Source of the DNA: Octopus sinensis
Lineage: Eukaryota
NCBI RefSeq assembly: GCF_006345805.1
Contig: NW_021823814.1
Location: 1 to 21,222, forward strand
Length of the DNA stretch: 21,222 bases
Reading direction: 5' to 3'
A program made the translations under genes and the position numbers. A model generated the notes under the pieces. That model was not told the DNA's origin. It saw only the letters and a list, made by a program, of their open reading frames with translations, and did no database searches. Shown here one piece after another: positions 1 to 8,609 of this stretch (the stretch's first letter is position 1; every line of letters starts with the position of its first letter).

Positions 1-11
1 TATACATATAT

Positions 12-290
12 AGCAGCACACTCAGTCGTTCTTGTTCCGTGGATGAGGAAACACCTTTCAGGCTGCAGAGAGCAACTGATTCCTTCCGGTCCCTTCAGCC
101 TCGTGTCTGGTCCCTCGTCTACTGACATCGCTCCTTTACTCATGTGAGACATGGGCCCTTTACAAACATCATGTAAAAGTCCTTGGACGCTTCCATCAGA
201 GATGTGTTGGCTGGACCTTAAAGACTGCAGACACCCAGGTCTTGAGAGAAGCTGATATCTTGAGTATTGAGGCGATGGAGCAGAGGCCCC
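12..290 (+). mobile_element. RTE-clade (BovB-like) LINE fragment, RT C-terminal/thumb region, degenerate
   Basis: Manual translation gives SSTLSRSCSVDEETPFRLQRATDSFRSLQPRVWS (from 12). After a frameshift/deletion near 115 it reads LLTSLLYSCETWALYKHHVKVLGRFHQRC...TQVLREADILSIEAM. This matches the RTE motif LLYGCETW..Y..H...LERFHQRCLR...EVL..A...SIEAM. Confidence 0.82.
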
Positions 291-389
291 GGTTTTTGTA
301 CCTTTTTCGGTTTCTCTGTTCGTTCATGCTACCATCGTAATGGTGGCGGCGCTGGTTGTTTTGGCCGTTGTTCATGTTGTTGCGGCTGT

Positions 390-739
390 TATGTATGTAT
401 GTATGTGTGTATGTATGTATGTATGTATGTATGTATGTATGTATGTATGCATGTATGTATGTATGTATGTATGTATGTATGTATGTATGTGTGTGCGTAT
501 GTATGTATGTATGTATGTATGTATGTATGTATGTATGTATGTATGTATGTGTATATGTATGTATATATGTATGCATGCATGTATGCATTTATGTATGTAT
601 GTATGTATGTATGTATGTATGTATTTATGTATGTATGTATGTATGCATGTATGTATGTATGTATGTATGTATGTGTGTGCGTATGTATGTATGTATGTAT
701 GTATGTATGTATGTATGTATGTATGTATGTATGTATGTA

Positions 740-770
<31 letters not shown>

Positions 771-894
771 ATGTATGTATGTATGTATGTGTGTATGTAT
801 GTATGTATGTATAAATGTATGTATGTGTGTATGTATGTATGTATGTATGTATGTATGTATGTATGTATGTATGTATGTATGCATGCATGCATGC
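390..894. repeat. (TATG)n tetranucleotide microsatellite with TGTG/GCAT interruptions
   Basis: Direct reading. It generates the spurious MYVC/HTYI ORFs between 196 and 1018. Confidence 0.98.
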
Positions 895-992
895 ACAGGC
901 ACCTCATACTGCTTCACACCTTCCAGCTTTTCCTCCCTCTATGATCCCCTTACATTATTTCAGCCATTGCTTCTTCCTAACTCCCAGTATTA

Positions 993-1184
993 GCAGAATC
1001 GTAAAAGCCTCTTCATGAAGGGCCTTGCGACATTTCTCGCAGCTATTTACATTTCGAGTTGAAATCCAACGGAGACCAACTTTGCTTTTCCTCTTTTGGG
1101 AATACCGTGTCGTACTAAGGTCGATGGAATCATCTCACCGCCTCACTTCAAAATTGTTGGCCTTATTCCTCAATTAGAAATCAT
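993..1184 (+). mobile_element. Degenerate tRNA-derived SINE, related to the 2326-2723 family
   Basis: GCAGAATCGT...TTCGAGTTGAAATCC..CGGAGACCAACTTTGCTTTTCCTCTTTTGGG...GTCGAT...AAAATTGTTGGCCTT aligns by eye with the head, B-box, central domain and tail of the better-preserved copy at 2326-2723. Confidence 0.6.
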
Positions 1185-1704
1185 AAATACTATTTGTTTA
1201 TCTTACTTTAGTTATCCGAAACCTCCGCATCATTGACAATTCGTCGTCGAAGGAATAGCAATTCAGGGGGGAAAACTGGGACATACTGTCAACGAGTTAT
1301 TCCCCTTGATAACTATAACTGCCCACGACTATCAAATTTTTTGCATAGTTGTTTATTTTGTTGGTTTCTTTTTCCAGAATAGCAATTATATTCGTTTGAA
1401 CCCTGAAATTCACATGAAGGAATCGACTTACATCAACTGAAAGTGAATGATATGCGGCGGTAGATTTGTGCAACTTCTGTGAATGTTCCTGGATGTCAAT
1501 GATGGAAGGCTGTGAGTTACGAAAGAAAGATGATGCGGTATTCGAAGAGATTTTGGATTGATGATAAATGTCTGTTGCCTTGGTTTTGTTAAAATTAAAC
1601 TCGGTCTACCTTATTCTCTATATGGACATTGTAGTTATAGATTAATCATCATTCCTTCTTGTCGTTACGTTACTTAGCCCGTCGGTAACGTTTTCACGTG
1701 ATCA

Positions 1705-1960
1705 GAGAAAAAAAGAGGGAGAGAGAAAGAGAAGATAAGGCGAACAGTGAGGTAGAACGAGAGAGAAAGAAAAAAAGAAGAGAGAACAGACGAAGAAAGA
1801 AGCTTCCATGACATTATAGTAGGGGGAACGTAATGTTTATTACGTGGCTAAAAAGTTAGTTGAAGGTAGTGATATAGAGGAGAGTTAGAAATATAATTTT
1901 AGCAGAGGGGTGATGTTAAAGAAAGGCACAGCGAGAGAGAGAGGAGGAGAGAGACAGAGA
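1705..1960. repeat. GA-rich low-complexity tract
   Basis: Direct reading (AGAG/AAAG runs). Confidence 0.7.
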
Positions 1961-2041
1961 GGTGCTGTTACTGTTGTTGGTGCTAGAGCTGGTGGTGGGG
2001 GTGGCGATGGTGAGTACATGAATTGAGCTAAATCTTTTATT

Positions 2042-2325
2042 ATCACCTATTACTTAACACATCCCAAACTTGCCATTCACTTCCGAAAGAAACCAGTTTC
2101 CCCTTGGCCTGTCTTATGCAGTGGCTATCCACAAATCACAAGGGCAGACATTTGATCGAGTGGGGGCTGTTCTTGCCTGAACCTGTATTCGGTCAAGGTC
2201 AGCAACATGTTGCATTCTCAAGGGCTGGCAAATTATCCGATGCGTGACTTAAAGCTATCAACACTGACAAAGAAGGGAAGAGATGAGCGATAACTTACAC
2301 GAAGAACATAATCTGCAAAGAAGTA
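2042..2325 (+). mobile_element. Helitron RepHel C-terminal Pif1-family helicase fragment (pseudogenised)
   Basis: Translation from 2070 gives LPFTSERNQFPLGLSYAVAIHKSQGQTFDRVG. After a frameshift in GGGGG (2162-2166) it reads LFLPEPVFGQGQQHVAFSRA...*...*AITYTKNIICKEV. This matches the Helitron motifs RRQFP.RLAFAMTINKSQGQT..RVG..L..PVF.HGQLYVAFSR and the terminal TKN+VYKEVL. Confidence 0.87.
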
Positions 2326-2723
2326 TCCTTCTCTACTCTAGGTACAAGGCCCGAAATTCTTAGGGAAGGGCCAGTCGATTATATCGACTCCAATACGCAA
2401 CTGGTACTTAATTTATCGACCCCGAAAGGGTGAAAGGCAAAGTTGACCGCGGCGGAATTTGAACTCAGAACGTCAAGACACACGAAATACCTATTTCTTT
2501 ACTACCCACAAGGGGCTAAACACAGAGAGGACAAACAAGGACAGACAGACGGATTAAGTCGATTACATCGACCCCAGTGAGTAACTGGTACTTATTTAAT
2601 CGACCCCGAAATGATGAAAGGCAAAGTCGACCTCGGCGGAATTTGAACTCAGAACGTCAAGACACACGAAATACCGCTAAGCATTTCGCCGGTCGTGCTA
2701 ACGTCTCTGCCAGCTCACCTCCT
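2326..2723 (-). mobile_element. Dimeric tRNA-derived SINE (octopus-type), inserted in the last codons of the Helitron ORF
   Basis: The minus strand starts GGAGGTGAGCTGGCAGAGACGTTAGCACG (A-box-like) and carries TTCTGAGTTCAAATTCC (B-box-like). A ~118-bp internal unit occurs twice (2373-2491 and 2557-2675) with two different tails. TCCTT at 2326-2330 and 2720-2724 is a possible target-site duplication. Confidence 0.85.
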
Positions 2724-3374
2724 TGCAGACCTGAACATCTTAATATTGCAATGATAGCCACTGATCTGGAAGAGAGAGAGAGAGAGACGTCTTTTTACTA
2801 TGAGGCTTCATGTATCATTAGCCTAGAACAATACGGAATGCATTGGATAGGACAATATGGAGAGTATAGACTATCAACTCCCACCATCACTCTCATCCAC
2901 CTCCCTCTATCTTCTCTCATTCTTCTCTATTTAGTAATCTCCGTCAGCCACTGAACCAGTCAACTTACTCCTCCCAAATAATGGCCATTCTCTTTTCTCG
3001 CTATCCTAACAATTACCACCAACACAACCCTACTCTCTTCCACCTCTACTACTATTACTCCCTACTAGTCTCTTTATTAACCCCTAACTCTTGAAATGTA
3101 TTTTCTCCTCTCACGATTCCCTATCTGAATACCTCCCCCAATTTCTCCCTCTAAAACACTTGGCTCTCCACGTATTCATTCCATCTTTGAACTTCTTTCC
3201 TTTAACATCTCAAGTTTAAGATCCATATATATGGTTAGCTTATGTAAGGAGTTTGTCTATATTTGAAACATTTATTATTTTGATTACAATTAAATGACTT
3301 GCCATAACTTTGTGTTTTTTATTTAATTATTGAATTATTATTTTATTTTTCAATTATGTATATTTAGAATTTTC

Positions 3375-3390
3375 ATATATACACACACAC

Positions 3391-3471
<81 letters not shown>
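3375..3471. repeat. (CA)n-(TA)n microsatellite
   Basis: Direct reading. Confidence 0.97.
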
Positions 3472-3473
<2 letters not shown>

Positions 3474-3531
3474 TACGTATATATTAAAGTATATTTATTA
3501 ATTAATTATTTTACTGTTCTATTATATTTTT

Positions 3532-3618
3532 AACCTGAGGAGCGACTATATTTATATACAAGTGATTTCTCTACTACTATAATCATTTTTTAAATATAGC
3601 AGCGAAAGACGTCTCGTT
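3532..3618 (+). ncRNA. Type I hammerhead ribozyme fold (HHR1), in a ~300-bp AT-rich unit (3472-3778) bounded by (TA)n arrays
   Basis: Stem I AAC/GUU; core CUGAGGA 3535-3541; stem II GC/GC extended by CUAUAUUUA/UAAAUAUAG; GAAA 3604-3607; palindromic stem III AGACGUCU; cleavage triplet CUC (after 3615). Confidence 0.65.
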
Positions 3619-3773
3619 TTTCTACCTATTTTTTATTCTTGTAATTTACTTCATCTTTTCTTTTTAATTGTTATTTTAATTTTAACTTATTCTATTATAT
3701 GTAATTTTCTAGATGGTGTAAATTTAATTATTCATTCTGAATTGATAAAAGGTGGGGTTTTTTTCTAATATTT

Positions 3774-3811
<38 letters not shown>

Positions 3812-3859
3812 TATATAAATATATATATACATGCATATAGATATATATTTACATGCATA

Positions 3860-4318
3860 TATGGGTACAGGACGTCACCAACGATGCAAATAACATGAAA
3901 TACGCAAACAAATTCGGGAAAGACGAGTGAAATGTGTAAACAACGAGGAAATAATTGAAAACAGGATACGTTAACAGAGAGAAAGGGCCCTTCACCGGTT
4001 GGCTGTCTATCTACTCCTCATTTGGAGTATTCAAAGACACTAGGAGTCTTCAAAGACAGCTGCTCCCATAAATTCTAAAATAAATTTTAGGATTTATTGA
4101 AGGTCAAAGTTGGGAACAATAAAATGACAGTGGAGACATACAAGGAAACCGAACGAAAACAAACATGGAGAGTCGTTAGACCGGAACGGGAGGAAAATAG
4201 TGAACGCTGGGAGAAACACTTTTGAAAAGAGAAAAGATAGATGAGAGAGAAAAAATCACGTCCGTTCGTTTAAACGTCTGTGCAAGAAAAGAAAGATGGG
4301 TGATAATCACGTGTAAGC

Positions 4319-4320
<2 letters not shown>
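3860..4320 (-). mobile_element. Unclassified interspersed repeat, probably PLE-related terminal region
   Basis: It ends (minus strand) in a (TA)-rich array. It shares the doubled motif GCTGTCTTTGAAnACTC..TGTCTTTGAAnAC (4060-4027) with the hammerhead-bearing unit at 14627-14659. No intact hammerhead core is visible. Confidence 0.45.
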
Positions 4321-4354
<34 letters not shown>

Positions 4355-4390
4355 AAAAGAGAAAGAAGGGGGAGAGAGAGAGAGAGAGAG
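4321..4390. repeat. (GA)n microsatellite
   Basis: Direct reading. Confidence 0.9.
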
Positions 4391-4529
4391 GGGTTGAAAA
4401 CTGGGAAGTGGAGAAAAAGGGAATTAGAGAAGGATGAAGGAAGAAAACAGTATAGAATAGAGAATTGCATGAAAAAGGTAAAGATAAACTTACTTGGAAA
4501 TGGATGTGTCACACGTTCAATCCAATTTA

Positions 4530-5043
4530 TTTGTCCATGCAGAGGCTTCTGGCACCACCTCTCTTCAATTTGTTTCTGCCCGTTCTTTTTTGCTGTTTCT
4601 TTGATCCGTTTTGTTTGGTGGCAGTGGTTTCCAGTTCTTCATTTAATTCAGGGTTAATGTCGAGTTCCCTTGCGAATTTACAAGCTTCCTTCGCAATGGA
4701 ATGTGATTTTTGCTGCTTTCGTCTTTGCACACAAACCACAGCATCCAGTCCTCTGTACGAGATAACTATTTGTTCATTGCTATTGAGGAGGTGTCTTACA
4801 GCACAGATCTACCTGCATCAATCCTCTTCCCCCCATTACTTCTATGTAGGTAAAGCAGACTATCAACGTCTGCTTTTGGGTGGTGCATGTTCTTAAGAAG
4901 TTAGTAGTTTTCTTGTTTTACTATCCAGGTGTTGGAACCCGCTAAGATTCCAGTTAATGATGTTAAAACTGTATTGGATTATCGGAAGTGCCTGGGTGTC
5001 AATGGCTTCGATGGGAATTTGGGGGTCGAGTTCAGTTTTTGGT
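4530..5043 (-). mobile_element. Old R4/Dong-clade non-LTR retrotransposon fragment (post-RT region)
   Basis: The minus strand gives IEAIDTQALPIIQYSFNIINWNLSGFQHLDSKTRKLLT, then through frameshifts HHPKADVD, DWML.FV, HSIAKEACKFAREL and RWCQKPLHGQ. These are homologous to segments of the ORF at 5627-7711 (AINSLAVPVVTYSYNVLNWN, HHPKADVD, RWEEKPLYGKY). Confidence 0.82.
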
Positions 5044-5065
5044 ATTATTATTATTATTATTATTA

Positions 5066-5104
<39 letters not shown>

Positions 5105-5169
5105 CATCACCATCATCATCATCATTGTTATCATTATTATTATTATTATTATTAGTATCATCATCATCA

Positions 5170-5214
<45 letters not shown>

Positions 5215-5420
5215 GTATTATCATCATCATCATCATTGTTATAATAATTATTATTAATACTATTATTATTAGTAGTAGTAGTATCATCATCATCATCATC
5301 ATCATCATCATTATTATTATTATTATTATTATTATTAATATTATTATTATTATTATTTATTATTATTATCAACATCATCATCATCATCATCAACATCATC
5401 ATCATTATTATTATCATTAA

Positions 5421-5460
<40 letters not shown>
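5044..5460. repeat. Compound (ATT)n/(ATC)n microsatellite
   Basis: Direct reading. It is the source of the poly-I/N/D/M ORFs. Confidence 0.97.
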
Positions 5461-5462
<2 letters not shown>

Positions 5463-7709
5463 TTTTTTTTTCTTCTTTCAAATTTGCTTCCATTTCTTGC
5501 CGAGTGTCTTCCCGACTCCTAGGGCAAAGAAACTCATAGTATACATTGGTAGGCCATTAAACCAAACTCACTAGTCTTTTTGTTTTTTTTTAAGGTTAAA
5601 TTAAAATACATGAGCAGCAACAGTTCTCACATCGACAATGCTCTTCTCAATACGTGTGATGTACCAGTTAAGACAATCTTTTGCACTTCTTGCAGGGATG
5701 GTAAGCCAGGGATCATTCTCATATAATTTTCGGTTCCCTTCTTGATCATTCCTAGTGCTCCTACGATCACTGGTATTGTAACCGCCTTGAGATGCCACAT
5801 TTTCTCAATTTCAATGAGTAGGTCTTTATATTTTCTGGGCTTGTCAAACTCTTTCGCTGAGATATTATGATCACAGGGGATGCTCATGTCGATCAATAAG
5901 CAAACTTTATTGTTTTGGTCTTTCACAACAATATCTGGTTTATTGGCCTTGATGGTTCGGTCTGTATGTACTGGAATGTCCCACAGAATGGTTACATTTT
6001 CTCCTTCAGTTACAGCCTCAGGGTGGTGATTATACCACTTGTCGGCAGTTTTGATATTGTAATGCCGACTTATTAGCCAGTGGAGATATTGGCCAACTCT
6101 GTCATGTCTTAATTTATACTCCACTGGTGCTAAGACTTTACATCCAGAGATTAGGTGGTCCACTGTTTCAATCATGTCGTTGCAGAATCGGCATTTTGGG
6201 TCTGCTCCATTTTTCATCACATTGGCCTGGTAGTTCCGGGTTAATAGGCTTTGATCTTGAGCAGCCAGGATGAAACCTTCGCTCTCTGCTTTTAGCCCTG
6301 AGCTCCGCAGCCACTGATGGGTTTGCTTCTGGTCAACATCAGCTTGTTTGCTGCGGGTCACATATTTGCCGTACAGAGGTTTCTCCTCCCACCTATCAGC
6401 CAATTGCTCGTGCGCTTTTTTCATTGCCATCATTTTCACCTTCTTTGCAACAATAGTTGCCGTACTTCCCTCGGGTTGTTCAGTTTGGGTATCCTGCACG
6501 AGATCAATAGCAATTTTTTTGCTTTCCTTTATAATAGAATGAAGCTTCTTTCGTCTCTCGTGATTTTCCACGAGATTTAGCATCCAGTCATTCGATATTT
6601 CGAGATATTTGGCCAGTCCAATTGTTGTTGTTTTGTAAGCTATTTCAAATTGGATCAGGCCTCGACCTCCTGGGGCTCTGGGAAGGTAAAGGCGATCTAC
6701 GTCTGCCTTTGGGTGGTGCATCCTATTACAACTCAGCAGCTTGCGTATTTTCCTATCTATATTCTTTACTTCACTCATATTCCAGTTCAACACATTGTAG
6801 CTATAAGTAACAACTGGAACTGCTAAGGAATTTATAGCTAACACCTTGTTACGTGCATTTAGTTCAGATTTCAGGACTGCACGAACTCTCCTATAACATT
6901 CCTTCCTGATTTTCTCTTTCATGCTTGCATGCTGAATACCAGAGCCTTCATTTCTCCCTAAATATTTGTATGTTTGTTCTTGCTCAAGCTCTCTTATGAC
7001 TGTGTCAACATCTAATACGACTGAATTTGTGGTCTTCACTTTCCCTTTCTGGAAAGTGGCCTTGGCACACTTCTCAAGTCCAAACTCCATCCCGATGTCA
7101 TCGCTGAATGCTTTCACGGTGCGCAATAGGCCTTCAAGTTCATTATTGTCTTTACCATAAAGTTTTAAGTCATCCATATAAAATAGATGGCTTATTTTTC
7201 TTTTGGCAATTTTATACCCATACCCTGTTCTGTTTAATTCACTTGTAAGGGGTATTAGGGCTATGCAGAATATTAAAGGTGAAAGCGAGTCACCTTGAAA
7301 AATTCCACAGTTGATGTTTATATTTTCTGAGACAAGTACTCCATTAGAGTGGTATAATTGGAGAATCGTATTCCACAACGACATATTGTGCTTCAGGAAG
7401 TTTGAAATCACAGGGGAAATTTTGAAGATGTCCAACGATCTCAAGATCCATGGATGCGGTATACTGTCGAAGGCCTTTTTGTAGTCAATCCATGCGGAGC
7501 TGAGATTTCTGCGCTTGTTGTGACAGTTCTCAAGGATCATACGATTGATTAGCAGTTGATCTTTGCATCCGTAAGAGCCTCGGCGGAAAATATCGTTTTT
7601 CTCCATGAATGCATATGTTTTCTCCGCCAGGATAGATGTTAGGATTTTATACGTGGTGGATAGACAGGTTATAGGCCGATAGTTTTTTGGAAGGTTGGTT
7701 TCGTTATTC

Positions 7710-7711
<2 letters not shown>
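5461..7711 (-). mobile_element. 5'-truncated R4/Dong-clade non-LTR retrotransposon with 3'UTR, flanked by (TAA)n
   Basis: It carries an RT, a CCHC knuckle and a restriction-like endonuclease ORF. A 166-nt 3'UTR (5626-5461) ends in an A-run that joins (TAA)n. The 5' junction is directly into (TAA)n just before the RT domain. Confidence 0.95.
5627..7711 (-). CDS. Retrotransposon polyprotein (RT + CCHC zinc knuckle + RLE endonuclease), N-terminally truncated, ~694 codons with no stop
   Basis: Motifs: PKNYRPITCLST, WIDYKKAFDSIPH, GIFQGDSLSPLIF, HLFYMDDLKLY, YKYLG, CRFC...ETVDHLISGC, RHD, KPDIVV...LIDMSIP...KYKDL, PVIVGALG. The first ~63 aa of the track ORF (7900-7712) are microsatellite read-through. 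Confidence 0.92.
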
Positions 7712-7746
<35 letters not shown>

Positions 7747-7935
7747 GTTGTAGTAGTAGTAGTATTATCATCATCATCATCATCATCATTGTTATCATTA
7801 TTATTAGTAGTAGTATCATCATCATCATCATCATTATCATCATCATTATTATTATTATTATTATTATCAACATCATCATCATTGTTATCATTATTATCAT
7901 TATTATCGTTATTATTATTATTATTATTATTATTA

Positions 7936-7968
<33 letters not shown>

Positions 7969-8053
7969 CATTATTATTATTATTATTATTAATATTATTA
8001 TTATTATTATTATCAACATCATCATCATTGTTATCATTATTATCATTATTATC

Positions 8054-8097
<44 letters not shown>
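7712..8097. repeat. Compound (ATT)n/(ATC)n microsatellite with an internal higher-order duplication
   Basis: Direct reading. The block TATCAACATCATCATCATTGTTATCATTATTATCATTATTATCGTT occurs at 7865 and 8011. Confidence 0.97.
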
Positions 8098-8099
<2 letters not shown>

Positions 8100-8340
8100 G
8101 AAAATCCACAGCTTATTTTGCTGGGTATGATGGAAAGTATCGGCTGTCCAAAGCCAGCAGACTAAGACGACACGTTTTTACTGGTCATGCTTCAAGAACC
8201 CTGCGAAGGATTCTTGCAGTTCCAATCAATGTTGACTTTTGTAGGTGTTCTACCTTCACACTTGCAGCACCAATCTTTTGGTAGTTGATTGCTGATGCTT
8301 TCAAGGGCAACAATTACGGAGAGTATCATGCCTAATCTTT
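8098..8340 (-). mobile_element. 3'-terminal fragment of a different R4/Dong subfamily
   Basis: The minus strand reads KIGAASVKVEHLQKSTLIGTARILRRVLEA*, a typical RLE-element C-terminus (compare QKIVLTGTSHVLRRALSM* at 5627). A short 3'UTR unlike that of the large copy follows and ends in (TAA)n. Confidence 0.8.
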
Positions 8341-8354
8341 TCATTAACCACAAC

Positions 8355-8473
8355 TATTGTTGTTGTTGTTGTTGATGATGATGATGAGATGATGATGATG
8401 ACGACGACGACGACGACGACGATGATGATGATGATGATGAGGAGGAGGAGGAGGAGGAGGATGATGATGATGT

Positions 8474-8514
<41 letters not shown>

Positions 8515-8517
8515 TTA
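8355..8517. repeat. Compound trinucleotide microsatellite (GTT/GAT/GAC/GAG)
   Basis: Direct reading. Confidence 0.95.
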
Positions 8518-8557
8518 TACAATGTAGTTAAGAATCCATAAAAACCTGGAACATGTT

Positions 8558-8563
8558 TTTATT
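8558..8563 (-). promoter_or_regulatory. Candidate polyadenylation signal AATAAA for the membrane-protein gene
   Basis: AATAAA on the minus strand, ~47 nt after the TAA at 8612-8610. The context is AT-rich, so a chance occurrence is possible. Confidence 0.4.
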
Positions 8564-8609
8564 TCATCGAGAATATCAAATAACTTGATAAACTCCCCTG
8601 TGATATATT

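Noticed and set aside
196-1018. Long ORFs in all six frames (MYVC/HTYI repeats)
   Set aside because: They are translations of the stop-free (TATG)n microsatellite. The same applies to ORFs at 4893-5420, 7687-8165, 8301-8522, 12501-14336, 14869-16055 and 17933-19158.
1356-1520. Strong-looking acceptor (TTTCTTTTTCCAG, 1377) and donor (GTGAGT, ~1512) defining a possible exon
   Set aside because: All three frames contain stops and there is no partner exon or homology. A non-coding exon cannot be excluded.
2373-2675. Direct repeats with a unique spacer, superficially CRISPR-like
   Set aside because: There are only two ~118-bp units, both internal to a SINE, in a eukaryotic context with no cas genes.
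2800-3230. Purine/pyrimidine-skewed segment resembling a decayed LINE
   Set aside because: No recognisable protein motif in manual translations of either strand.
3970-4000. Possible hammerhead remnant (minus strand CCGGTGAAGGGCCC)
   Set aside because: The core is broken and there is no GAAA or stem III downstream.
6317-7160. Plus-strand ORFs overlapping the Dong element
   Set aside because: They are antisense shadows of the retrotransposon ORF, with no independent motifs. The same applies to 16343-16729 and 16792-16974 over the CR1 element, and 20742-21181 over the Myb ORF.
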